Of a DNA stretch of 64,000 nt, positions 49,372 to 58,850 are shown in pieces. The DNA is from Ignavibacteria bacterium RIFCSPLOWO2_12_FULL_56_21 (lineage in GTDB: Bacteria > Bacteroidota > Ignavibacteria > UBA10030). The notes beneath the pieces are model-generated. The model did no database searches. It was not told where the DNA came from and saw nothing but the letters and a program-made list of their open reading frames with translations. Position numbers and translations under genes: made by a program. The DNA lies in NCBI GenBank assembly GCA_001802945.1, contig MHAK01000080.1:687-64686 (forward strand). The letters run 5' to 3'. Numbering within the stretch: the first letter of the stretch is position 1; the number at the start of each line of letters is the position of its first letter.

Positions 49372-50804
49372 CCGCCGTTACCGTTCTTCAGTTCCTGTTC
49401 GACACGTATTTCGTGTTTGTCGTGTTGTATTTTCTGATCGTCAATATCACATATTTCATTCTGTTGTGGCTGTCGTTCCGGGAGATCGTCAATTATATGC
49501 ACCGGAATCTGTTCACCGATTTCCGATCGGTCGTGCAGTCTGAAATAACACCGCCAGTCTCTATCCTTGCGCCGGCGTATAATGAAGAACAGACCATTGT
49601 TGAATCTGTGAAGAGCCTCCTCAAGCTCGCCTACGGCGAGTATGAGGTCATCGTCATCAACGACGGTTCAAAAGATGGCACACTGGCACGCATGATCGGT
49701 CAATTCGACCTGTTCCCCTCGAAGCGTGTGTATGTTGAGCACATACCAACTCAGGCGGTCCGGGGGATTTACAGGTCGCGTCAAATTGCGTATCAGAACC
49801 TCATTGTCGTCGACAAAGAGAATGGGGGAAAGGCTGACGCACTCAACGTTGGCATCAATGCAGCGCAGTTCGCACATGTGCTGAGCATTGACGCCGATTC
49901 GATCCTCGAGGACGATGCGCTCCAAAAAGTCATGAAGCCGTTTCTTGAAGATGATACGGTGGTCGCTGCGGGGGGGATCGTGCGGATCGCTAACGGTTGC
50001 GAGATCGTTAACGGCAGGGTGGTTCATGTCGGCCTGTCAAAGAAGCTCCTGCCGATCTTCCAGGTTGTGGAATATTTCCGTGCTTTTCTTTCCGGAAGGA
50101 TGGGTTGGCAAGCCGTGAACGGTTTGTTGATCATTTCGGGGGCATTTGGCATGTTTAAACGGGCCGCTGTCATCGACGTCGGAGGATACCGGCACGATAC
50201 GGTGGGCGAGGACATGGAGCTGGTTGTCCGGCTCCACCGCACAATGCGAGAACGGAGGATTCCGTACAGAGTTGTATTCGTGCCGGACCCGGTATGCTGG
50301 ACGGAGGCGCCAGAATCTGTAAGCATACTCTCCCGGCAAAGGAATCGTTGGCATCGCGGTCTGCTGGATGTGCTGTGGATGCATCGGACGATGCTTTTCA
50401 ACGAGAAGTTCGGCGTCATCGGCTCGGCAGCTATGCCCTACTTTCTTTTTGTGGAACTCCTCGGGCCGGTGTTTGAATTCTTTGGGTACGTCACGCTTGC
50501 CATGCTTTGGTGGATGGGGGCCGTGAACGTTCCGATGACCATTCTATTCTTCATCGTTGCGCTATTCTACGGCGTCATGTTCTCTGTCGGAGCCGTACTT
50601 TTGGAAGAGATCTCCTTCCGAAGATATCCCAACCCCAAACACCTTGCCCTATTGTTGTCGGTTGGAGTTCTGGAGAATTTCGGATACCGCCAGCTGACGA
50701 TGCTGTGGCGGATCAAAGCATTCTGGGATTATGCGAGGGGGAAAAAGGGGTGGGGAAGCATGCAGCGGACCGGTTTTGCCCGGCCCGCCGCCGGGACCAT
50801 GTAG
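49368..50804 (+). CDS. Processive GT2 glycosyltransferase (PgaC/YaiP-like polysaccharide synthase)
   Basis: PAYNE, NDGSKD, GGKADALN, DAD, GEDME, QRNRW motif; C-terminal TM helices. Confidence 0.92.
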   Translation: MTAVTVLQFLFDTYFVFVVLYFLIVNITYFILLWLSFREIVNYMHRNLFTDFRSVVQSEITPPVSILAPAYNEEQTIVESVKSLLKLAYGEYEVIVINDGSKDGTLARMIGQFDLFPSKRVYVEHIPTQAVRGIYRSRQIAYQNLIVVDKENGGKADALNVGINAAQFAHVLSIDADSILEDDALQKVMKPFLEDDTVVAAGGIVRIANGCEIVNGRVVHVGLSKKLLPIFQVVEYFRAFLSGRMGWQAVNGLLIISGAFGMFKRAAVIDVGGYRHDTVGEDMELVVRLHRTMRERRIPYRVVFVPDPVCWTEAPESVSILSRQRNRWHRGLLDVLWMHRTMLFNEKFGVIGSAAMPYFLFVELLGPVFEFFGYVTLAMLWWMGAVNVPMTILFFIVALFYGVMFSVGAVLLEEISFRRYPNPKHLALLLSVGVLENFGYRQLTMLWRIKAFWDYARGKKGWGSMQRTGFARPAAGTM

Positions 50805-50807
50805 CGG

Positions 50808-50894
50808 CGGAAGGGGAGGGATTCGAACCCTCGATACCCTTGCGGGCATTCCGGTTTTCGAGACCGGCCGATTCAACCACTCTCGCACCCTTCC
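50808..50894 (-). tRNA. tRNA-Ser(CGA)
   Basis: Minus strand GGAAGGG...CCGGT-CTCGAAA-ACCGG, long variable arm, GGTTCGAATCC; followed by CCG, so CCA is not encoded. Confidence 0.95.
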
Positions 50895-50974
50895 GGGGTG
50901 GCTTCACAGACAAATATACTGAAGAATCGATGGATTTCCAACGAAGACCGAATGTCGGAATTTCCGGACGCATC

Positions 50975-51793
50975 ATGAGATTTGCAGTGCTGATGACGAT
51001 CGCGCAACTGACCGTGAACGGGTTGCACGCGCAGGAAGGTGAGTGGCCGTTGCCGGCAAAACCGGTTCACTCCGTCGCCGGTGCGGAATACGGAATCGAC
51101 GCTTTTGACCGGATCTACGGACCAATGCATCTCGCTACGGCGTACGGTGGAACGCGAGGTCCCGCCGGCACGTTCTACGGTAAGTTCCACGTCGCATCCC
51201 GTTTTAGGCAGACAGGAGCCCAGGCGGAAGCGGAAGCATATCCAATATTCAGTCGGGGATCGTATGGATATGCTGCCTATGCGTATTCCGGAAGTCCGCT
51301 GTTTCCCCGTCATAGGGTGGGAATCGAAGCGTACCAGGCTTTCGAGTGGTCCATTGAAGGATCGATGGGCGTTCGACTCTTTGCATTTGACGATCGTCGG
51401 ACGATTACACTTCTTACCGGATCGGCGTCGTTGTACAGCGGCAATTTCTTGATTTCCGCGCGTCCCTATGTGACCGTGAATGTTCCGGAAAGTGCGTGGT
51501 CGTTTGTGGCGTCAGGCCGGTATTATTTTGGCGAAGCAGAGGAATATGTATCGGTCCGGATTGGTGCGGGATTCGCACCGGACGAACGTTCGATCCAATC
51601 GAACACGGGCTTTCCGGGAAAGCAGATCTTCTATCTCCAATCGCAGACTGGAGGGTCGGGCATTCAATTCGAGATCACACGGAAGGTGCTGGCAGGCATC
51701 CAGGTGGACCTAACGCGGCAGGAATTGAGCTTTCTCCCCGGGTCGTTTGTGCTCGATGTTTCTGCACACACGTCGATACGCGTGATCTTGTAG
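50975..51793 (+). CDS. YaiO-family outer-membrane beta-barrel
   Basis: Signal peptide ending LHA/Q; RF..TG.Q.E.EAYP......YGY....YS...LFP..R.G.E...RYYF....EY.....G.G..PDE. Confidence 0.8.
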   Translation: MRFAVLMTIAQLTVNGLHAQEGEWPLPAKPVHSVAGAEYGIDAFDRIYGPMHLATAYGGTRGPAGTFYGKFHVASRFRQTGAQAEAEAYPIFSRGSYGYAAYAYSGSPLFPRHRVGIEAYQAFEWSIEGSMGVRLFAFDDRRTITLLTGSASLYSGNFLISARPYVTVNVPESAWSFVASGRYYFGEAEEYVSVRIGAGFAPDERSIQSNTGFPGKQIFYLQSQTGGSGIQFEITRKVLAGIQVDLTRQELSFLPGSFVLDVSAHTSIRVIL

Positions 51794-51821
51794 CGCGTAC
51801 GGCGAGTCACAACCCGTTGCG

Positions 51822-51850
51822 TTGACAAATGGAGCAAAACTGACTATCTT
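51822..51850 (+). promoter_or_regulatory. sigma70 promoter of Fur/PerR gene
   Basis: TTGACA-17 bp-TATCTT ending 10 nt before ATG 51861. Confidence 0.65.
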
Positions 51851-51860
51851 TGACGACACC

Positions 51861-52256
51861 ATGCACACACACATCACAAAACGCAGTAAGCAAAGAGACC
51901 GCATTTTTCACGTTCTCAAGCGAACGCGTTCACATCCGACGGCTGAATGGGTATTTGACCAGGTCCGCGAGGAGATGCCGAAGATCTCGCTCGGTACTGT
52001 GTACCGTAATCTCCACGTCCTGAAGGAACAGGGAAAGATTCAGGAACTGGACTTCGGCGAGGGGATCAAGCGGTACGATGCATTTCTCGGGGAACACTAC
52101 CATTTCGTGTGCGAAATGTGCGGGACTGTGCAGGATCTGGAAGTTCCAAGACTTCAGGACGTCAATGCACGCGTCCAGGAGATCGTCCCTGAACGGATTC
52201 GGTCTCACAGACTCGATTTCTTCGGCACGTGTACCAAATGTTCTAGCAAAATCTGA
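51861..52256 (+). CDS. Fur-family transcriptional regulator (PerR-like)
   Basis: HPTAE, ISLGTVYRNL, HYHFVCEMC, C..C; precedes two peroxiredoxins. Confidence 0.9.
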   Translation: MHTHITKRSKQRDRIFHVLKRTRSHPTAEWVFDQVREEMPKISLGTVYRNLHVLKEQGKIQELDFGEGIKRYDAFLGEHYHFVCEMCGTVQDLEVPRLQDVNARVQEIVPERIRSHRLDFFGTCTKCSSKI

Positions 52257-52355
52257 CGGGCTGCCCCACGCCACGCTTCACGGTCCTTTGTTGCCGCCGA
52301 ATCCAGCGGTCCCCACGATGTGTTTCCGCCCAACACCACTTCCTGAGGAGTAGAT

Positions 52356-52829
52356 ATGTCAGTTCAGGTAGGTCACCACGCGCCCGATTTTTCCCTGGTC
52401 GACACCGACAAGAAGCCCCGGACGCTGAAGGAATTTCTGGGATTGAAGACCGTACTTGTGTTCTTCCCCGGCGCTTTCACCGGCGTGTGCACCAAGGAAA
52501 TGTGCGCAATTCGCGATTCTATGACGCGGTTGAATGAACTCAACGCCCATGTCATCGGGATCAGCGTTGATTCGCCATTTGCCAACAAGGCGTTCGCAGC
52601 CCAGAACAATCTTCAATTTCCAATCCTGAGCGATCTTCATCGGGAAGTAATAACGAAGTACGGCATCATTCAGGAGAACTTTGCAGGCCTCGCAGGATAT
52701 CGTACGGCAAAGCGCTCGGTGTTTGTGCTGGACATGAACGGGGTCGTACAGTATGCGTGGATCACAGATAATCCGGGGGTCGAGCCGAATTACGAGGAAG
52801 TCACGAAAGCGGTCGGCTCGTTCAAGTAG
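52356..52829 (+). CDS. Peroxiredoxin (AhpC/TSA family)
   Basis: FFPGAFTGVCTKEMC, GISVDSPF, LSD, KRSVFV. Confidence 0.92.
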   Translation: MSVQVGHHAPDFSLVDTDKKPRTLKEFLGLKTVLVFFPGAFTGVCTKEMCAIRDSMTRLNELNAHVIGISVDSPFANKAFAAQNNLQFPILSDLHREVITKYGIIQENFAGLAGYRTAKRSVFVLDMNGVVQYAWITDNPGVEPNYEEVTKAVGSFK

Positions 52830-52908
52830 GACTGGCATTCCCTGCCGGTGATACGCAGTGCAGGTTTGCAGACGGGAACCTGCCAATATTCATTATGAAT
52901 CCCCAAAT

Positions 52909-53367
52909 ATGAACATGCTTTCTCCAGGAGACGTAGCTCCAGATTTCACTCTGACCACCGGCGCCGGAACCACAGTGTCTCTCAGGGATTTCCGCGGAAA
53001 GAAAGTGGTCCTGTTCTTCTACCCAAAGGACGACACGCCTGGTTGCACGAAAGAAGCATGTTCTTTCCAGGATCATATCGGGATCTTGGATAAGAAAGGA
53101 GCGGTTGTTCTGGGGATCAGCGCCGACGGCGTCGACTCACACGCCGCATTCGCGGACAAATTCGGGCTTACCTTCCCGCTGCTCAGCGATCCCGAGAAGT
53201 CCGTGATCAAAGGATACGGTGTATGGCAGAAAAAGACGATGTACGGTCGGATATTCCATGGCATCGTTCGCACGACGTTTGTCATTGACGAGCGGGGGAA
53301 GATCGCACGGGTTTTTGAACGCGTGAAAGTTGATGGCCACATACAGGAAGTCCTCGAAGCCCTTTGA
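52909..53367 (+). CDS. bcp: Thioredoxin-dependent thiol peroxidase BCP
   Basis: FYPKDDTPGCTKEAC, RTTFVIDE.G. Confidence 0.93.
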   Translation: MNMLSPGDVAPDFTLTTGAGTTVSLRDFRGKKVVLFFYPKDDTPGCTKEACSFQDHIGILDKKGAVVLGISADGVDSHAAFADKFGLTFPLLSDPEKSVIKGYGVWQKKTMYGRIFHGIVRTTFVIDERGKIARVFERVKVDGHIQEVLEAL

Positions 53368-53392
53368 CCTGTTGAACTCCTCTACGAACTCC

Positions 53393-53803
53393 ATGGTCCT
53401 GGTCTCCCGCCGCGAAACGTTTAGCGCCTCCCATCGCCTGTACAATCCAACACTTTCCGACGCGCAAAACGCCGCGATCTACGACAAGTGCGCCAATCCA
53501 AACGGTCACGGGCACAATTATGAATTGGAGGTCGTTGTTGCAGGTCCCGTGCAGGAGGCGACCGGTTACGTCGTCGACCTGAAAAAGCTGAAGTCGATCA
53601 TCCGGCGTGAGGTCGTCGACAAACTCGACCATAAGCACCTCAACCATGACGTCGACTTCTTGCGCGGCCAGATACCGACCGCGGAGAATATCGCCCGGGC
53701 CATATGGAACGTCTTGGAGACGCGGATCACGGAAGGCCGCTTGTATGCAGTCCGTCTGCGCGAAACGGAAAACAACGTCGTCGAATATCGGGGTGACCGG
53801 TGA
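53393..53803 (+). CDS. 6-pyruvoyl-tetrahydropterin synthase / QueD family (animal-like PTPS)
   Basis: FSASHRL...N...[30 protein letters not shown]. Confidence 0.9.
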   Translation: MVLVSRRETFSASHRLYNPTLSDAQNAAIYDKCANPNGHGHNYELEVVVAGPVQEATGYVVDLKKLKSIIRREVVDKLDHKHLNHDVDFLRGQIPTAENIARAIWNVLETRITEGRLYAVRLRETENNVVEYRGDR

Positions 53804-54369
53804 ATCACACGAGGATAGAGCGCATCGTCGGGCAATTGTTGGAGGAATTGGAGGAGAATCCGAATCGGGAAGGACTCCGTTCAACGCCTGCCCGAGTCGC
53901 CCGGATGTACAAATTCCTCACAAAAGGATACAACGAAGATCTGACCAAGGTGCTCAATGGCGCCGTCTTCAAGGAAGAATACAGCGAAATGGTCATTGTC
54001 AAGGACATCGATTTCTTTTCGCTGTGTGAGCACCATCTCATCCCGTTCTTTGGAAAGTGTCACATCGCCTACATCCCGAACGGTAGGATCATCGGCCTCA
54101 GCAAGTTGCCCCGTATCGTGGAGATGTTTGCGCGACGGCTGCAGGTTCAGGAACGGATGACGAATCAGATCGCTCAAACGCTCTTCAAGGTCCTGAAACC
54201 GCAGGGCGTCGCTGTCGTCATGGAGGCGCGGCACCTGTGCATGGTCATGAGGGGAGTCGAAAAACAGAATTCAACTGCGACAACGAGCGCCATGTTCGGC
54301 ACTTTCCGCAAGGACGTAAAAACGCGGACCGAATTTCTCACCCTCGTCCAGCATCCATCCCGATTCTAA
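53800..54369 (+). CDS. folE: GTP cyclohydrolase I
   Basis: [35 protein letters not shown]. Confidence 0.97.
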   Translation: MNHTRIERIVGQLLEELEENPNREGLRSTPARVARMYKFLTKGYNEDLTKVLNGAVFKEEYSEMVIVKDIDFFSLCEHHLIPFFGKCHIAYIPNGRIIGLSKLPRIVEMFARRLQVQERMTNQIAQTLFKVLKPQGVAVVMEARHLCMVMRGVEKQNSTATTSAMFGTFRKDVKTRTEFLTLVQHPSRF

Positions 54370-55076
54370 TGGCCCGTCCTCCTGTGGTCTGGGTGACCGG
54401 TGCCGGCAGCGGCATTGGCCGCGCGCTGGCCGAAGCGTTTGCCAGCGCAGGATGCGCCGTGGGCGTAACGTCGCGCTCCGCCGCCCGCATCACGCGGGTC
54501 GCCGCATCGTCCGCTCGCATTGTTCGGTGCGCATGCGATGTTCGGAACAGCTCGTCCGTGCGACGGGCGCATGTGCGCATCGTGCGTAGCCTGGGACCCG
54601 TGGACATCCTCGTCAACAACGCTGGAGTAACGGTCTTCAAGAAGTTGCTAAGCACAAACGAACGCGAATTCACTGAAATCGTCGACACCAACCTCGGCGG
54701 AGTGTACCGAGCGACGAGGGAAGTGTTGCCGTCGATGGTCCGTCGCCGAAAAGGGACGATCGTGACCATTCTTTCATATGCCATCAAGACCACCTATACG
54801 AGTTCTTCGGCATATACAGCTTCGAAGTCGGGGGCCGAGGCATTATTGCGGGTCCTCCGTGAAGAATTGCGGGGGAAGGGGATTCGAGTTGTGAATGTAA
54901 TTCCGGGCGCGGTGAATACAGCCATGTGGCCGAAGACCGTGCGTCGCTCTCAGGCGGACGTCATGATGGCGGCGGACGAACTTGCTGACGAAATCGTGCG
55001 AGCGTCGTTGAAGCAGGGGACGGTGGTGGCAGAAGAGATTGTCGTGCGTCCTCGTGTGGGAGACCTTCGCTTGTGA
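54369..55076 (+). CDS. SDR-family oxidoreductase (sepiapterin reductase-like)
   Basis: TGAGSGIG, NNAG, YTASK, PGAVNTAMW...EEIVVRP..GDL; translationally coupled to folE. Confidence 0.85.
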   Translation: MARPPVVWVTGAGSGIGRALAEAFASAGCAVGVTSRSAARITRVAASSARIVRCACDVRNSSSVRRAHVRIVRSLGPVDILVNNAGVTVFKKLLSTNEREFTEIVDTNLGGVYRATREVLPSMVRRRKGTIVTILSYAIKTTYTSSSAYTASKSGAEALLRVLREELRGKGIRVVNVIPGAVNTAMWPKTVRRSQADVMMAADELADEIVRASLKQGTVVAEEIVVRPRVGDLRL

Positions 55077-55179
55077 GTGAACACGAGTGTGCGTCCCGTG
55101 AGTCGCACGTAAAGACAGAACCAGGACGCTTGTGGTTGCCGACCACCGGAGCGTTTGGTATATTACAGGCGTATTCAGA

Positions 55180-57132
55180 ATGATGTTCACCTCCCGCCGT
55201 TCGATCGCTTTTCTCGCCCCTCTGACCCTCCTTGCGTTGGCCGGTTGCGGAGTGTTTGAGCCCGTGGGAACATTCTTTGCCCAAGGCTACCGCAACACCG
55301 TATCGTATTTCAACGCCTATTACAACGCCGAGCGGCAGTTCAGTGCCGCGGAGGTCGAGATCCTCGAAGCCGAAAGGCTGCGGGTTCGCGGCGTCCGCAC
55401 AGCGACGACGCAATCCGTCGCTATCCCGACCACTGCCCGCGCGAAATTAACGGCCGTCATCGACAAGTGCTCGAATATTCTTGCTTTTCATTCACGCAGC
55501 AGCCTCGTCGATGATGCCCTTCTGCTCATTGGCCGGTCCTACTCGTACCTCGGCGAACACGTCAAGGCGGAACGAAAATTCTCCGAGCTCCTCGTACAAT
55601 TTCCGACGAGTGAACTGGCGCTGGAAGCGGAAATCCGTCTCGGCGTGGCGATCTCCGACCAGGGGCGCGGGGAAGACGCCCAACTGGTCCTGGAACCAGC
55701 TATGAAAAAGGCGGCTGACACCGGCAACGATGAGATGCAGGCGATCGCGTTGGCACGATTGGCCCGCATCAGCCGAGATCTGGGTCAACTTCAACAGTCG
55801 ATCGCATTCTATGCCCGTCTGCGGGCAGTGACGGGCCGGGAAGAAATCGCTGCGACGGCGCTCATCGAAGAGGCCGGGGTGCTTCTGGACGAAGGGAAAC
55901 CTGAAGAGGCCCTCGAGCTCGTCGACGGTATTCACAACGTTACGGATGACCCGTACTTCCTGTATCAGGCCGGCCTCCTGTCCTCCGCTGCGCTCTCCAC
56001 TAGCGGCCGTTATGCCGCATCGATCAGCCGGTTGGACTTGCTCCTCAACGACTTTCGTTATCGTGACAGGCAAGGCTGGATCCGCCTGGAACGCGCCCGG
56101 GTTCTGGAGGATTCCGCAGATATCCCCGCGGCGATCGAGGAATACCGTTTAGTCGACACCACCTACGCACGTCAGGAGATCGGTGCGAGAGCGGCATTTT
56201 CCCTGGGTCATCTGTACGAAACCAGCAACGTCAACTATGCGGCAGCGAAGCTCTCGTACGAACGGGCGGCTGCAGTTGTCGGTACACCATTCGCGGCCGA
56301 CGCTCGGAAACGACATCAGGCAATGAGCAGGTACTTTGTCCTACAGGAACGGTTGCGGCTCGCGGATAGCATGCGTACAGCGGCGCACTCGCTTGCTTCC
56401 GATTCACTGAGATCGGAAAGTCTTCAGCAACGGAAAGATTCGCTTGACGCGGCGTACTCATCGATCGTTCAGGATATCGGAGAATGGTTCTACCTCGACC
56501 TTCAACGTCGCGATTCGTCCATCGTGTGGCTGCTCCGCAGCATTGCGGTGGGGAAATCGCACGCGGGAACGGCGCGGTGCTTGTTCATCCTCGCCGACCT
56601 TGCACAAGTCGACTCGAGCGGCATATTGGAACGGCCCGACCTATATTTGCGCAGGATCGTCGATTCGTTCCCGACAACCGCGTATGCGGGAGCGGCGCGC
56701 AGCCGACTCGGACTCACCGAAGCCGACTCGACGGATCCCGCTCTGCAATTGTATGTCCATGCCGAAGAAGTGCTCTTGCGGGGCGAGTATGACAGTGCAG
56801 CCCGATCATTCGAAAATGTCTCGAAAATCTATCCGGCTTCGACGCTTTCCGGAAAAAGCACATACGCCGCCGGATGGGTCTATGAATACCATTTGACGCG
56901 ATTGGACAGCGCGTTGGTCCGATACAGAGAGGTGGTCGCCAAATATCCGCGGACTCCGTACGCATTGGAGGCCCAAAAAAAGCTGGTTTCGATAACGCCC
57001 CCTTCCGACACTCTGACTGTTCCCTCAAGGATGAGAAACGACGAACGGCCCGCACAACCGCCAGGTGCAAAGAAGCCTGGAGAGACGGTGGAAGAAGTCC
57101 CGAGTTCCCAAAACAAAGGGAAGATTGAGTGA
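55180..57132 (+). CDS. TPR lipoprotein, PorW/SprE-like (T9SS-associated)
   Basis: Lipobox LAG/C; N-terminal YFNAYYNA...DDALLLIGRS...AERKF; many TPR-like helices. Confidence 0.7.
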   Translation: MMFTSRRSIAFLAPLTLLALAGCGVFEPVGTFFAQGYRNTVSYFNAYYNAERQFSAAEVEILEAERLRVRGVRTATTQSVAIPTTARAKLTAVIDKCSNILAFHSRSSLVDDALLLIGRSYSYLGEHVKAERKFSELLVQFPTSELALEAEIRLGVAISDQGRGEDAQLVLEPAMKKAADTGNDEMQAIALARLARISRDLGQLQQSIAFYARLRAVTGREEIAATALIEEAGVLLDEGKPEEALELVDGIHNVTDDPYFLYQAGLLSSAALSTSGRYAASISRLDLLLNDFRYRDRQGWIRLERARVLEDSADIPAAIEEYRLVDTTYARQEIGARAAFSLGHLYETSNVNYAAAKLSYERAAAVVGTPFAADARKRHQAMSRYFVLQERLRLADSMRTAAHSLASDSLRSESLQQRKDSLDAAYSSIVQDIGEWFYLDLQRRDSSIVWLLRSIAVGKSHAGTARCLFILADLAQVDSSGILERPDLYLRRIVDSFPTTAYAGAARSRLGLTEADSTDPALQLYVHAEEVLLRGEYDSAARSFENVSKIYPASTLSGKSTYAAGWVYEYHLTRLDSALVRYREVVAKYPRTPYALEAQKKLVSITPPSDTLTVPSRMRNDERPAQPPGAKKPGETVEEVPSSQNKGKIE

Positions 57133-57902
57133 AACGTTTCCAGACGATGTCCGTTGTCATATCCCTGGAGGAAATCGCAGAAGGCATTTATGTATTGACG
57201 CTGGAATGTCCGGAGATCGCGAAACTTACAGAACCCGGACAATTCGTGAACGTGCGCATGCACGACGCTCATTCGGAACCATTGCTTCGGCGTCCGTTCA
57301 GCGTTTCCTTTGTCGAGGGTGACCGATTGGAGCTGCTGTTCAATGTCATCGGGACCGGAACGCGATTTCTGTCGACACGCAGGCCCGGAGACGCGGTCGA
57401 CCTGCTTGGCCCGCTTGGTGTTCCCTTCCACATCGACGACACGTTTGAAACTGCGCTTCTCCTGGCGGGCGGGGTCGGCGTTGCCCCGTTTCCGATGCTT
57501 CGTGCGGCGCTGGAAAGAGCCGGCAAGAAAGTCATCACGCTGCTTGGGGCTCGTTCGGGCGTTCAGATCGCCGATCGGCGTCTGAACAATGCGTACGTGG
57601 CGACCGACGACGGCAGCCGCGGATTTCATGGATCGGTCGTCGACCTCTTCCATGCGACAGTTGCACGAAATGCCATTCTTCGGCCCAAGATCTTTGCGTG
57701 CGGGCCGAATCGTATGCTTTCAGTCGTCGCGGCTGCAGCGCGCACGATCGGAATGGACTGCGAACTTTCACTCGAAGGGGAAATGGCGTGCGGGATAGGG
57801 ATCTGTCAGGGATGCCCGGTAGAGCGGAGCAGAGAAGGCCGTAAATACGCGCTTGTGTGCACGGATGGGCCCACCTTTAACAGCAGGGACGTGGTGATAT
57901 GA
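57129..57902 (+). CDS. pyrK: Dihydroorotate dehydrogenase electron-transfer subunit
   Basis: PGQFV, LRRPFS, GPLG, AGGVGVAP, ACGP, MACGIGICQGC...VCTDGP. Confidence 0.95.
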   Translation: MKRFQTMSVVISLEEIAEGIYVLTLECPEIAKLTEPGQFVNVRMHDAHSEPLLRRPFSVSFVEGDRLELLFNVIGTGTRFLSTRRPGDAVDLLGPLGVPFHIDDTFETALLLAGGVGVAPFPMLRAALERAGKKVITLLGARSGVQIADRRLNNAYVATDDGSRGFHGSVVDLFHATVARNAILRPKIFACGPNRMLSVVAAAARTIGMDCELSLEGEMACGIGICQGCPVERSREGRKYALVCTDGPTFNSRDVVI

Positions 57903-58846
57903 CAGTCAAGACCTCATTCATGCTGCGTCATGTCGAGTTTCAGAACCGCGTGTTTGTCGCGTCGGGCACCTTCGGGTATGGCGATGAGATCAACGATCTT
58001 GTCGATCCGAACAAGCTCGGCGGAATCGTCACGAAATCACTTTCGTGGAAGCCGCGCGACGGAAATCCTCCGCGGAGGATCGCTGAGACTCCCTCGGGCA
58101 TGCTCAATTCCATCGGACTCGCGAATATCGGCGTCCACACGTTTATCGAGAAGAAACTCCCGTTCCTTCGGACGTTGAAGACAAGGATCATCGTGAACAT
58201 TGCGGCGTCGTCCGTGCAAGAGTACTGCGACGTTCTTGCCCTCTTGGAACGACACGATGGAATCCACGGCTATGAGATCAATGTGTCCTGTCCGAATGTG
58301 AAGGAAGGAGGATTGAGTTTCGGAACGAACGTCGACCGGACCCGGGAGATCACGGAACGATTGCGTCCGCTGACGGAAAAGCCGCTCATCATCAAGCTGA
58401 CGCCGAACGTCACACACATGTCGGAATTTGCCCGCGCCGTTAAAGACGCGGGTGCGGACGCTGTCTCGTGCATCAATACGCTCGTCGGAATGGCTGTAGA
58501 CGTTCGCACGCGCACACCAAGGCTTTCCACGGTGACGGGAGGTCTTTCGGGACCCGCCATAAAACCGATCGCATTGGCGAAGGTGTTCGAAGTGGCGAAG
58601 TCGGTGGACATCCCCATTTTCGGTATCGGAGGTATCACCACGGCTGATGATGCGATCGAGTTCCTGCTTGTCGGTGCATGTGCGGTGCAGGTCGGAACGA
58701 CGAATTTCGTCGACCCCGGGGCATCCGTTCGAATTGCAGAAGGTATCGCGGGCTACGCTTCATCAAATGGTATCGACGACGTGGGAAAACTTGTGGGGTC
58801 GTTGAAAGCAGACGTGAAGGCATCGGTTCTGCAAACCTGGCTCTGA
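57899..58846 (+). CDS. pyrD: Dihydroorotate dehydrogenase B catalytic subunit
   Basis: ASGTFGYG, GMLNSIGLAN, NVSCPNV, KLTPNVT, GGLSGPAIKP. Confidence 0.96.
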   Translation: MTVKTSFMLRHVEFQNRVFVASGTFGYGDEINDLVDPNKLGGIVTKSLSWKPRDGNPPRRIAETPSGMLNSIGLANIGVHTFIEKKLPFLRTLKTRIIVNIAASSVQEYCDVLALLERHDGIHGYEINVSCPNVKEGGLSFGTNVDRTREITERLRPLTEKPLIIKLTPNVTHMSEFARAVKDAGADAVSCINTLVGMAVDVRTRTPRLSTVTGGLSGPAIKPIALAKVFEVAKSVDIPIFGIGGITTADDAIEFLLVGACAVQVGTTNFVDPGASVRIAEGIAGYASSNGIDDVGKLVGSLKADVKASVLQTWL

Positions 58847-58850
58847 GCAC

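Noticed and set aside
50507-50974. Long N-terminal extension of the YaiO ORF in the ORF track
   Set aside because: Overlaps the GT2 gene and tRNA-Ser; ATG 50975 gives a proper signal peptide.
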